This document shows, in pieces, positions 27,031-39,195 of a stretch of DNA of 60,942 nucleotides. The position numbers and the translations under genes are program-made. Positions within the stretch are counted from its first letter, which is position 1. Every line of letters starts with the position of its first letter. The DNA is from Blastocystis sp. subtype 4 (lineage: Eukaryota): assembly GCF_000743755.1 (NCBI RefSeq), contig NW_014569520.1, forward strand, positions 1 through 60,942. Reading direction: 5' to 3'. The notes beneath the pieces were generated by a model. The model saw only the letters and a program-made list of their open reading frames with translations, was not told the DNA's origin and did no database searches.

Positions 27031-28292
27031 GTAAAATCGAATCTTTAGAGAATGCATCAAATTGCCGCGTGTTGAGGATTGGTATGAAAACGACGCTTCT
27101 AGTATCATAGACTCAGTTTTTGGAATAGAAATGATCACAAAATTCATTCCTGTTTCCATAACATGTGGCTTGTTTTCATTCACAGTTTTCAAATGGTCAT
27201 AGTCAACTAGACCTAAGTAGAGCTATCGATTAATACCAGTAATTTCGTCAAATGAGGGAAGAATGCAATTTACTTGAATAGGTGATGACTACGATTCAAT
27301 AATTCATTCCATTCTAACAATCGTTAGAGTTATATCTCCCATAATGGAGGATAATGGATCGGAAGCAGGCTGGATGTTAGCGAGAAATAATCGATACATT
27401 GCGTATCCGAAGTAAGATGTTTTCATCATCATGCTGAACGATTGAGAACTGAGGAACCGAATAGAGACCCAGAGTGGCCACTCGAAACCACGAGTCATGT
27501 CCTTTAACTCTACAACTAATCCCGATGAAGCAAGAGGACAAGGATGAATCGCCTAGAAGTGGTTGGCCCTGAGCCTTGAATAGAAGGCCAGAAGAGCCTT
27601 CTTGATTGCATGAAAGACACTTAATGATCCGTTTAGCTCGGAGGGAGGGATGAAAAGGGAGAGTCAATGACTCAGTCCTGATCTGAGATTGGATCCTCTC
27701 TTGTTGTCGACGAATGTCCACTAACCGTTCTTCATGAATCTGTGTATTGGACTTCTTTGAATGTGTATATGGTATTGAATAAGGAGAAGGTTGAGTATTT
27801 TCCGATAAACCCAGTTCAAATCGAACACACTCTGCAGCAGACTTGAGAGTATTCAATTCGTTGTTCTGAGATTGCTGGATTAGCTTGTTACTTATAGCTA
27901 CTTGTTAGGTCTATGATACATTCAAACACTTCAATTCTAGAAGAGTAGGAGCATTCAGAGATGACTTCCAACTGCAACCAAAACAAGTCCATTCCCAACT
28001 CGAAGTAGTTTCATCCACCAATCCACATAGCTGACTGTTACACATAGGACACAGGAAACAAGAGAAACATCTGTTTTCATCATTCAAAGACTCATCCTCA
28101 CCTGTATCCATATTGTTTCAATTCTGTTGTTGTAAGAGTATCAAAGCAGATTGGACAATAGTAATAGTCAATAGCACTCAGGATACACGAGATTGAAGAA
28201 CACAACAGTTTTTGACAAGTTTGGCAATAATACATATTCTCCAGTGGTTCATATTGTAAACACTTCTCGCATTGATACAAAACCTTCATCAT
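27031..28292 (-). CDS. DCTN4: Dynactin subunit 4 (p62)
   Basis: MYYCQTCQKLLC..IDYYYCPICF..RCFSCFLCPMC..CFGCSW, LRAKRIIKCLSC; stop predicted to be made by poly(A) (TA+A at 27033-27032). Confidence 0.85.
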
Positions 28293-28734
28293 AAATACAA
28301 TTCTACTCAGATGGGATACAAATCGTTTGATACAAAGAAATAAGATGGAATGCCTAAATAAACAATCAATTCTTTGACTCAGTCCATCTCGATTAAACAA
28401 TCGTGGAACAGAGAGTCAGAAGCGATTGAAAGGACAATGAAAATGATAAGAGAAGCCACTTGAAGTAGACAACTCAACCGAAGACACCACTTAATTGTTT
28501 TCATGATCTACAATTCCGAATGGCTTCTACTCAGGTGAACATTAGGACGAAGAAACGAAGGTGGGATTCTAATCATAGTGATATTTCCAAGAACAATAAT
28601 AGGTCCGATTTTATGCCTTGTGTAATAAGTAGAATAACTCCTATCCTGGTTCCTGTTGTTACTAACTGACAGTAATTTCTTTCTTTGCTTATCTTTGCCC
28701 GGTGTTTACATTATAGAGTACATTCATCACTATA

Positions 28735-30708
28735 ATGAATGGATTCTTGCGAAAGACGAACCTTTCTCGTTTGTTGCGGATCATCCGGACAAGTCCCAAT
28801 GCAAGATGTCTTCGTGTTACAACAATCTATGCTTTTAGTGTTGCATCCCTCACTTTACCGTCTCCTTCTTTACAGTTACCTACAAAGAAGGAATTTCTAG
28901 ACTACAAAGAAGTGTCTTGTCCTATTCATTGTTATCATGAGCCACTTCATTCTCAAGTAGAAAGGCTCAAAAATGAAGTGCGGCCAAAGAATTTAATCCA
29001 GTGTATTATTGTAGCGATTAAAAAGATCGGATGTGCCTTTCATATTATGGTGCGTTCGGTTCACGTTGCAGTTATTTTCTCCCCTGTGATTCTTACGTGT
29101 TGGTTTTGCTTTTTTTCATCGCTCCGTAAGTGGTGGTATCGTCTATTTGTTTACTGTCTTCAGATTGGAGGTTCTTCATTCATGAAACTAGGTCAGTGGG
29201 CTGCAACTCGTCCAGACATTCTTCCTATTGAACTATGCAAGCAGTTGAGTACTTTGCACTCCTCTACTCAATGTCTTCCTTTTCACTATATGAAAACAGT
29301 AATTGAAAAGGAGTTGGGAAAGACGATGGAGGAAGTCTTTGATGAAGTCATTGAAACTCCCATTGGAAGTGGATGTATTGCTCAGGTGTATAAAGCACAT
29401 CTTCGTGGGACTAATCAGTGGGTTGCATTGAAAGTGAAGCGTCCTGAAGTGGATATTGTGTTTTCCTACGATCTCCAGTTGATCAACAGTGTTGCCGCAT
29501 TTCTCTCTATATTCCCGTTTATGGAGTATTTGGCACCAAAGAAGGCTGCTCAGTTATTTACGAGCACAATGCATGATCAATTAGATTTTCGCAAAGAGGC
29601 TGTGAATCTCGTTCATTTTCGTGAAAACTTTCGTGTATGTGTGATATTGAATGATGAGAGGTAGGATGATGATCAGTTTACTTTTCCTGAACCATATCTG
29701 AATCTCACGACATCATCATTTTTGGTAGAATCATATGAAGAGGGTACTCCTCTCTCATCCTACCTCACTCATCCTACTCCTCTAAATCCAACTCTTGCTC
29801 ATCTTGGTACACTTGGGTTCCTTCATATGTTATTGATCGATAACTTTCTTCATGCTGATTTGCATCCTGGCAATATTCTAGTCAGAGAAAGTGTGAAATG
29901 TCAAATCCCATTCACCAAATCTATCTGTCACATCACATTCCCACCTCCTAAGAGTCATCCTCAGCTTGTATTTCTTGATACAGGTCTGGTCAATGTATTG
30001 GAAGAATCTCAGAAGCAAAATTTCCTGGATATCTTCGTGGCTCTTTCACGAGGGAATGGATACGAGGCTGGAAAGCTGCTAGTGGATCGGGCGCCTCAAC
30101 CATCACCTCCAGTAATTGACCCAGAAGGGTTTGCGAATGAGATAAAGGATTTGGTAGATCGGAATATGGATCATGGTGTATTCAATCTATTGAAACTGGA
30201 AATTGCGAATGTCGATGTTATGAAGAAGCGTTATGTGTAGGCGTTAACAACTATGATGACTTCCTCTCTGTCACACCATGTTACTATCGATTCTCGGTTC
30301 ATAAACTTGTTCATGTCTGTGATCATTCTTGAAGGAGTTGGACGACAACTCTACAAAAACCTGGATATTGTTGGTACTGCCTTGCCTGTTATTATGTATT
30401 CAGTTCCGGAGTATGGAGAAGTAAGGATGATGAAACTCCTTTATCGTAGGCTGCCATGTCGGCTATTCGAGAAAGCAAATTTGCAAGAAAGTCGTTGTAT
30501 GTGTCACTTTATTCCTACATTAAGAAAGCCCGTCAGTCGTTTCACTCTTATTTTAGAAAATCAAAGAAGGAAGAGCAAGTTGAAGAGAAACGTAGTTTTG
30601 GATGTTGCTGTTCATGTTGTAGACATTGAACAGAAAGAAGACATTGACTATCGCGAAGTTACACTCCTCAGTTTATATGATCGGGTTGAAAAGAGTCAAG
30701 CTGTTTAA
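28735..30708 (+). CDS. ABC1/UbiB atypical kinase (ADCK2/Cqd1-like), probably mitochondrial
   Basis: Arg-rich presequence; FMKLGQWAATRPD, IGSGCIAQVY, VALKVKRP, HADLHPGN, LDTG. Confidence 0.9.
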
Positions 30709-30827
30709 CGTACTTGTTTGTTTTTGCTAATTAGGGTCCCTGACCCAAAATAAAAATGGGGCACAATTACTCCAAAACCATTCTCCACCACCTCAATTTC
30801 ATAGTTCAGGTATCATTTCTACTTATC

Positions 30828-31175
30828 ATGGTATGTATTGAATTAGAAATATGTCACTGACGACATGCATCTCGTTTTGAGGCGATTGGTTGGTTTTTGT
30901 CTGATTTCTGTGTAGGAAAACGAGGTTAAGAACGCTGTTGTCGATAAGGTTCTGGGAAGAACTGGAAACACCGGTAACGTCACTCAGGTGAGAAAGAACG
31001 AGAGGTTTGATTCTTCTAGGTCCGTGTCACTTTCATGGATGCTAGCAAGCGTAGCATTGTGAGAAACGTGAAGGTGAGTTATATTCTGGAATGGAATGAG
31101 AATTAGGGACCCATCCGTGAGGGAGACATTCTGACTCTTTTGGAGTGGGAGCGTGAAGCCCGTCGTCTCCGATAA
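30828..31175 (+). CDS. RPS28: 40S ribosomal protein S28 (eS28)
   Basis: M|ENEVKNAVVDKVLGRTGNTGNVTQ|VRVTF..RSIVRNVK|GPIREGDILTLLEWEREARRLR*. Confidence 0.96.
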
Positions 31176-31273
31176 ATGGTGGAATGTGTGATGATTCCTG
31201 AATGACCCTGTGTTTGTTAGAACAATTAGTTGAAGTGATGCCGCGGGAATAACTGCTTTTGAATAATGTTCAA

Positions 31274-33295
31274 ATGAAGGTATTTGTACTGTGGGTTCTA
31301 CTGTTTTTGTCCTTCATCGCCTCTGGAACTGGCTACAAATATATCTATCGGGATTATGAAGGCGTTAAGTTGGGGGTGTGGATTGAGGAATAGATAGTCC
31401 GAATAATGCAACATTTAGCCTCTTCATACCCCGATTTAGTTGAAATTAAAACAGCTGAGAGAGAGTTTGGACTTAATTCAACACTTTCCTGTGGAAGTGG
31501 ATGTGTTCGATCTTGGTGATAACTAGAAAATCCCTGTGAACACTGGTATCTTCGGTTATTCAATCGACGGATTCATGGAGACCCTTCTGAACTTCCTGAG
31601 TTATTTTTAAGTGGAGAATTGCATGGAGATGAGCGAGTCGGTCCGAATGCAGTGTTAGCGTTTGCCATTTTCCTGTTGCAGAATCGTGAATTTTGTGACG
31701 CGTCGTATTGTAGGATCTGTTGCAAAAACTCATTGTCAGTTGTGAAATCCTCCGGAATGCACCTTCCTCGTATTTCGCCTGATAATTTCAACAGACATTT
31801 CTGTAGACTTGTGGATACACGCGAAATTATCATTATGCCCATGTCAAACGCATGGGGATATTATTATTCCAAGTAGTTTCATGGAAATACTGTGATGTAG
31901 ACGAACTGAGAATGGAGTTGATGTAAATCGTGACTTTCCATTCGATTATACTTCAGGCCCTTTTCGCTGTCTTCAGAGTGAATCAAGTCGTGCATTACAA
32001 GAGTTATATTATCATCACATGTTCATGGCTGCAATCACCTTTCATGGTGGAATGAGATCGATAACATATGAATGGGGCGACACATTCAATAATCGACTTC
32101 ACAGTACCGCTCCAGACCATTTTGCCATGAAATCTATCGCAGAGAAGATGAATGTGTATTCTGGCAAGTCATATCTAGTAGGAACCAGCAGTGATGTAGT
32201 TTATGCTGTTCGAGGAGGAATGGAAGAGTGGGGGTATGCAGGAACCTGGTTTAATAAGGAGAATGCAGTTACAACAGTTCCTTCGGTATGTGGAGAGAAA
32301 CATGAAGTGAAAATGAGTAATGTGAGTAATCGCTGTGTGACGTTCCTTGTGGAAGCTACCACAATTAAGACCCCAAGTGAACAGACATTGGGTCAAGATG
32401 GGACCTTGTTTCATGTTAAGGATACTTCACCTATCAATACTCTTATACGACAGTGTTTGGTTGTTTCAGAAATACTACGTCCATATGCTACGCTCCCTGA
32501 AGTGAAGGATCAAACCATTCGCTGGAGTGTTGGTGGATGTTTCCAGGTGGATGGTACTGAGGTAGGAATCATTAGGAGAGTCAATAGAAGATCCGTTTGT
32601 ATCGTTGGCGAGAGGAATATGATACTCTGTTAGCAATTGGCGACGATCGAGATTTGAATGATGAAGAGATGGAAATAATGGAAAAGCTAATGGAAACAGA
32701 GAATCCCTTATTTATGAGCCCTGTAGGTATGATGATCAGAATGAATGAATAGACTCAATCAGCTCGTGTCTTCCCTCTGAAGTCAAATTTATCTTCTCAT
32801 AACCCAACTGATGATTCTAACCGTGTATTCTTTGATACGACTATTCCTTCATTCCCATATCCCTGTCTCCTGATAAGTCTCAGCACAGTGGATTCATTCT
32901 TCCAGCATCTCTCAGAACACAGGAATCCAAAGGTTTCTCCTCAGAGTCTTCTGGTTCTAAGTCGTAATAGCACATGGAAAGGAGAGAGTATCGATGGAAA
33001 ACACATCCTGAAAGGACGTGGGGTTGTGATCAGTGTTCCTGTGAAAATCGAGCCTGCACCTCCCACAGAAGAATTAGTAGCCCTACAACAGTTGTCCATA
33101 GAGGAACAAGAAGTGGGAGTATCGAAAGAGGGTAGTCAATCCTCTCCCGACATCCATGTACTATCAACCGAATCCTTTCACTTTTCTTATCTTGTTCCTG
33201 AGTTGGAAACTGTCTTTTATTTGTGTATTCACCATCTCATAGTCATTTCCCTTTTTCTTCTTTGTGTCTGGATCTTTTATTCTCTTGTTTCTTAA
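31274..33295 (+). CDS. M14 zinc carboxypeptidase, secreted or membrane-anchored
   Basis: Signal peptide; SGELHGDE, MPMSNAWG, RTENGVDVNRDFP, ITFHGG, GGMEEWGY, LVE; hydrophobic C-terminus. Confidence 0.85.
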
Positions 33296-33301
33296 CAAAC
33301 A
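33286..33301. terminator. Bidirectional 3'-end element TGTTTCTT-AACAAACA
   Basis: Two abutting inverted motifs between convergent carboxypeptidase and Myb genes. Confidence 0.7.
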
Positions 33302-33307
33302 GATTCG

Positions 33308-34355
33308 CTAGTTATCAGGCTCTTGGAGGAAATTCAAAGGATTTCCTGCTTCATCCTCAAGTACTAAAGGTTTATCTGCTTCTATGGCAGAGGCCGTTGC
33401 AAAAAAAGAATCCTAGACATCACTTTCATATTCCACTTGTTACATAATCAGGATTGGGTGTATACCGATTGTCATTATCAATCCCATCTAAACCCATTCG
33501 CTGTTGCCGAATCGAATGTTTGCTAATAATATCATCATGAAGATTCACTTGATAATCCATAGACGGATCCTTACAGAAATACACATTGTGACCACGTTCT
33601 TCATCTTCATCTGTTGCAGAAACAGATAAAGCTGACACCGACAGTCCTGGAAATACAGTCTCCACATGATTTGAATGTTGGCCACCAGCAGATCCAGGAC
33701 CTGGAGTGACAGGGACAGCTGATAGCGAGGAAGTACTATTTGGAATCGAAGAAAACACTACAGAGGGGTAGGAATGTTGAGAAACGGCTCCAGAGGGGAG
33801 CCCTTGTTGGGAAGTTACATAACTAGAATTCTGGAATTGACCTTCACTGGCCTTCTGAAATCTGCTGGCTACCTTTTTCTCCTATCTCATAACCAAAGAA
33901 TTTAGTTTCCACCTTTCTAAGGTAACGTTCAAAGAAATGGATGTACTCTAATTGATTTGCTTTCGAATTGCTACGGTATTTCTATGTGCATAATATCACA
34001 AACACACAAACGTACTTGTAAATGCGATTTGATATTTTCCGGACGTAAACTCATACTATACTCTTTGAGTGCCGGATAAATGACTTTTGGGGAAGCTTCT
34101 ATACAGTCATTAATCCAAACCCGTCCAATACCTTTCAGACCAAAATCGAAGATACATGCCATACATCGACGATGCATCTCTTCATTCCAGAAAGGTTGGA
34201 TATTCTTCTATAACATGACTCTTTTTTGAGAACCCTTTACATATTTGTCGTGATGACGGGTCTTCGTATATCCCAGATCCATCAGAATACTCCCCACCTT
34301 CTCATCTAGAAAATCTCCCCGTCCTTGCATTCGTCTATGTACTTTTCCATTTCAT
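33308..34355 (-). CDS. SHAQKYF/GARP-type Myb transcription factor
   Basis: Spliced WNEEMHRRCMACIFDFGLK|EASPKVI..LRPENIKSHLQ|KYR. Confidence 0.82.
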
Positions 34356-34423
34356 AGTTATTGGATTCTTTGATAATCAAAGTTGTCTGGCAACTAAACA
34401 ACCATCCGCCAAAATATGTTCTA

Positions 34424-36345
34424 TTACAAATTACCATCATTCGCAAGATCCATGCTACTGAAATAACGTCCCTGCTTCGAAGGAAATGTGTAAGTGCTTC
34501 TTCTTTTCAGAGTTGGCGTCTCTTGAGAATCTTCTTCTAGTATATTTCGATCTCTCCAAATGGCATAGAGCTTTTTAAGGGCTTCAAACTGTTGTTCGTT
34601 TCCACGATTGTAAATACGTGCCCACCAGTCCTCACACTGACGTGGTACCGTATTACTCACTTCTGAGAGATGGAGATGTCTCGTTTTCGTCACATCGGAT
34701 TCAGAAAAGAAGGATACCGAACGTAAGGGATTACGATTCTAATATTGAATTACTAGATTTCATTTCTACTCCCATGCCCAAGGATGCCTTCACAATATCA
34801 ACAATCAAATACTCCTGTGGAGATTCCATATTATGGCTCTTGGCTTCATCGATAAACTCTTGAATGATCTGTCTCTTCACATGCTCACTGTCTATTTCGT
34901 AATGATTTCAACCAACCCTAACCAAATTCCTTCATTAGAAACTTCATTTCTGTGGATTTCAAATAATCTTTGTTGTTGATGATGACTTCTCCAACAAATG
35001 GATACAACTGTCTACAGGGAAAGCTTACCTCAGTACACACTTGCATTCGACTCGAGTAATGAGGTTTCTTGCTTCTTCATACTCAGGTTCGATGCTGTTT
35101 TTCAACTGAAGGAGGAGATAATCAGTTGCTCGAATATAAGCATCAAGATGTCCACACGCTTCAGAGAGTTTCACAATTCCTTCCTATCTAATAACCTTCA
35201 GCAATCATATTTACCTTCGTCTTAATACCAAATCCGTGTTGTTCTGCTGAGCACAAGGCATCAATGATCATAAGATCGATTATTCGATTAGATTTGTGCT
35301 ATATGTAAGGCTCTGGAAAAGTAAATACACTATAGGCTCGACGATGGAGACTCATTCGACATTGGAACATTTCATACACATCAATGTTCACCTTTTCATG
35401 AAAGCAGATCTACAATGAATTCAGTGATCTATAGTAACCTCCCATGATCCTTCATTGTTCCTAATCACATAGGCTCCTTTAATGATTCGATCATAGTTAT
35501 ATGAACAATGCAAACCCAACTATGAATCACTAGAATTCATTATTTGGACATTCATGCAATCGCGGATCATATAATCAAAACGGTCCACGTCCACTCCCGA
35601 CCTAGTTGTGATAATTTGAGTACACTTCAACTTGGCATTTGCTACGATTTGAAGGAGAAATTCTCGACCAGGAGCACCTACCCAATTCCAATCCTTCGGA
35701 CTCTTCTTCTTATCACCCATAATGATTTCACAAATCAAATGAACTTCCTATTCCTGATGGACCACTCTCAAATGAACCTTTTCTGTTAGTCCATAGGCGT
35801 TGAAGTCGGTCATCAAGTTGTACTTTTCCAGCAGAAACTTAAAGATCCTCACACTCATGACTTCGTGTTCTTCGAATACAGTAGAATGACAACGACGTGT
35901 ATACAGAGGATAGAGATGACATTGTGTGATGTGTCCTTTATCTCATTGTTATAGCTCAATTATACCGATATCGTGATAAAGTCCTGCGACACAAACACAC
36001 AGCTTTTCCTGTTCTGTGATATTCAATTCCGGCTGAATCTTCTGTAGTCGCTCGATAAACACCTCAGCAAGATGGTACACACCAATACAATGTTGAAACC
36101 TAGCTCAAATACAATAAATTCACGTACCTATCGTGCGTTGCCCCTGGATATATGTAGTGGAGGTGATTCAATTGTTTAATATCTCGAAGTCGTTGAAATT
36201 CGGGAAGCAATATGAGTTTGTAACAAAGTGGATGAATATCCACCATTCCTATCCTGAAGGCACTAGAAAACAAATTACCATAAACTTGGTCCCGGAGACT
36301 CTTTATCATCGGAGCTTGAAGAGATGTTTTGGATGGGAGTTTCAT
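34424..36345 (-). CDS. SAMHD1-like HD-domain dNTP triphosphohydrolase
   Basis: RDQVYG..PEFQRLRDIKQL..YPGATHDRFQHCIGVYHLA..AGLYHDIGH..HE..GVDVDRFDYMIRD. Confidence 0.88.
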
Positions 36346-36383
36346 TCATCTGCTAATGTTTCTGAGTTCAAATTGCTCTGTTG

Positions 36384-37739
36384 ATGTTTTCTATTGTACG
36401 CAAATGCTGTCAGCCATCTTCCAGAGCAATTGGATCTCGATTGAAATCGGTTGTTATAGGACTCTCTGGTGGAGTTGATTCTGCAGTTTCTGCATATCTC
36501 CTGAAGAAGCAAGTATTCTTTTAACTGTAGAATGAGATCTAGGGATATACTGTGAAAGGAGTGTATATGCGGAATTGGAGTATTGAGGAGGAAACAGGAA
36601 TTCCTGTATGTCCAGCCAAGGATGATTTGGTTGATGCTGAACAAATTGCCATGACACTGGATATTCCGTTGGAAATTGTATGTTCTATATTGTGTGTATT
36701 CCCATAGTACGATTTTGAAAAGGAATACTGGAATGATGTGTTTGAAGTATGTCTTGAGGCATATAAACGAGTAATTCTTTGGCTCCATTGGTGATAAAAA
36801 TTAGGGAGAAACTCCAAATCCAGATGTTCTTTGCAATCGTTACATCAAGTTTGCTGCCTTCACTTCTCGTTGCTTCCAAACGGGTTGCGACTATGTTGCT
36901 ACGGGTCATTATGCACGTATCAATACTGGGGATCCCATATCCCGTTTCTCTAGTGGAACTGAATTATTAAGGGGAATCGATAGAACCAAAGACCAGAGTT
37001 ATTTCCTCAGTGAGATTGATGGATCGTTACTACCTCGCATCCTTTTCCCTGTTGGTTCTTTACATAAGAGCCAGGTTAAGAGAATTGCCCAGGAAGCCGG
37101 TTTACATGTGTATAATAAGAAAGAGAGCATGGGAATCTGTTTTATCGGAGAGCGACGAATGAAGTGTTTGTATTGGATTCTTGAGTTATCTCTAGCATTC
37201 CTACAAAATTATATCGATGTCACACCGGGAGATATTTATTCCGTCAACGGAGAACTCTTGGGCCGTCACGATGGACTAGCCTTCTACACTATCGGACAAG
37301 GAATGAAGCTTTCCAATAGCCATGTAAAGTATTACATTTGTGAGAAGCATGTCGATTCCAACACGCTTGTAGTCTGTGAAAAGATGGATCCGAGACTCTT
37401 CCACTCCTCGTTTGAAGTAGGTTTACTTCACTATATAATAAACAGATCTGGGAGAAGGATATGGCTTGGATTAATCCGCAAACAAAGCAAAGGTTACTGG
37501 AATATTGCGAGACTCATGATGGATTCCCCCTTCAGTGCCAAGTGCGTTATCAAACCGTTCATGTTTGGTGTTGCGCTAAGTTCTAGAGCTTCTATCCATG
37601 TCGACTAGAGAAAGGAGTTGACTCACTGATTGTGAAGAGTAACACATTGATGAGGGCGATTACTCCCGGTCAGATTTGTGTCTTCTATGATGGAGAAGTA
37701 TGTTTAGGAGGAGGAAAGATCAATTTAGTAAAGAAATGA
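36384..37739 (+). CDS. TRMU: tRNA-specific 2-thiouridylase MnmA/TRMU (mitochondrial)
   Basis: Presequence [61 protein letters not shown]. Confidence 0.93.
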
Positions 37740-37765
37740 TTTCTTTGTTAAAAGACAATAGAAAA

Positions 37766-37837
37766 AGGTCCCACCGAGATTTGAACTCGGATTGCAGGAT
37801 TCAGAGTCCTGAGTGCTAACCATTACACCATGGGACC
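37766..37837 (-). tRNA. tRNA-Gln(CTG)
   Basis: GGTCCCATGGTGTAATGGTTAGCACTCAGGACTCTGAATCCTG...GTTCAAATC..GGGACCT cloverleaf followed by a T-run. Confidence 0.96.
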
Positions 37838-37910
37838 ACCACTTGAGTCCTTAATGTGAGATACTTAACATTGGCAAATCGGAGGTCTTTATCGATAGAC
37901 CAATAGAATC

Positions 37911-39034
37911 ATGGAACAGTTGAAACGAGCCTCCTCGTTGATCGAAAATGCATCCATCATTCTAGTTATGGCTGGAGCAGGAATGTCTGCAGAATCGGGA
38001 CTTAAGACATACGAAGAGATCAATCGTAATTTTGGTTATTATGATTATCTGTAGAAGAATCAATGGGTAATGGAAAGGAATATGCTGATTATTGTGATCC
38101 TGATTGTGTTTGCGTCTTCAGGAGTTCTAACTCGTAGTTAAAGGAAACTCCACTCGAATTTTGGAAGTTTTGGGGTGCTTCAGCTACTGATTATCAACGA
38201 GTACAGCCACACAAAGGGTTCTTCATCCGCAATAGCCCTGATATTTAGATATCAAATCTTGCGGAAATGGAGAGATCGACTGAAACAGAAGATGCAAACA
38301 ACCCTTGTATCCGACTTTCGAGATTACTTTCAATCGAATTATGAGAATTATTCCTCTGATCTGGTGATTCCTGATTGCTTTTTCGTTTACACCTCCAATG
38401 TTGATGGTTTGTTTCGGAAAAGTGGAATTCCATCATCAGACATTCTCGAAATCCATGGAAATGCATCTCTTCTGCAATGTGTGCAGGGGATCACCTGTCA
38501 GACAAGGACATGGCCACTTTCCATCCCATGCAATGTGACTAGTGAGAAATCACTTCCTCACTGTGATGTTTGTGGTCGTGTATGTCGACCTTATGTGTTG
38601 ATGTTCAACGATGAGGAGTGGTTAGGACTGGAGAATTATGGTACTTCGGATTTCAGCATGTATGATGTATGGGAAGAGAGTGTTGAAGAGGTGAGAATTG
38701 GAGCATTCTAATCACATAGTACTTAAGGAAACATGATACAGCTTCTCTTGTGATTCTTGAAGTGGGCTGTGGAGACCGTGTACCTGTGGTAAAGATGGAA
38801 AGTGAGACTGTCTTGGGTGATGTGACGAATGTGTTAACGGAGAATGGAACGAAGACTGTGGATGACTTGAGTTCACGAGTATCATTGATCCGCATTAATG
38901 TGAAACAATCTTCGTATCTAGATTATCATGAGAAGTGGTCGGAAGGCAACTCTCACATTGATATTTCAACAATTCTGTGTCTTGAAGGTGAATGTGGAGA
39001 TGTATTAGAAGCAATAGATCAATGTTTGAACTGA
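37911..39034 (+). CDS. Sirtuin (SIR2 family NAD-dependent deacylase)
   Basis: AGAGMSAESG, YTSNVDG, EIHGN..LQC, CDVC, RPYVLMF, LEVGCG, IRIN. Confidence 0.88.
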
Positions 39035-39089
39035 TGTCTTTGTTACAAGCTCAAACCACAATAATAACAAAATTGAAATAATTTATTAG

Positions 39090-39160
39090 GCAATAGTAGT
39101 CAAGTGGTAAGATAGGTCCCTGCCACGGATCAGGCCCGGGTTCGATTCCCGGCTATTGCA
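39090..39160 (+). tRNA. tRNA-Gly(GCC), copy 1
   Basis: GCAATAG acceptor stem, GGTCC-CTGCCAC-GGATC anticodon arm, GGTTCGATTCC T-arm. Confidence 0.95.
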
Positions 39161-39195
39161 ATCTCTTTTATTTTGTTTCGCTAATCTGATTGAAA

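Noticed and set aside
33308..36345. SAMHD1-Myb fusion gene
   Set aside because: The HD gene has TAA-TAG at about 34424 followed by a TGTTTAGT motif, and the Myb gene has its own ATG at 34355
36384..37837. Functional linkage of MnmA with adjacent tRNA-Gln
   Set aside because: The tRNA has a CTG anticodon (no U34) and is nuclear, while the enzyme has a mitochondrial presequence; probably coincidence
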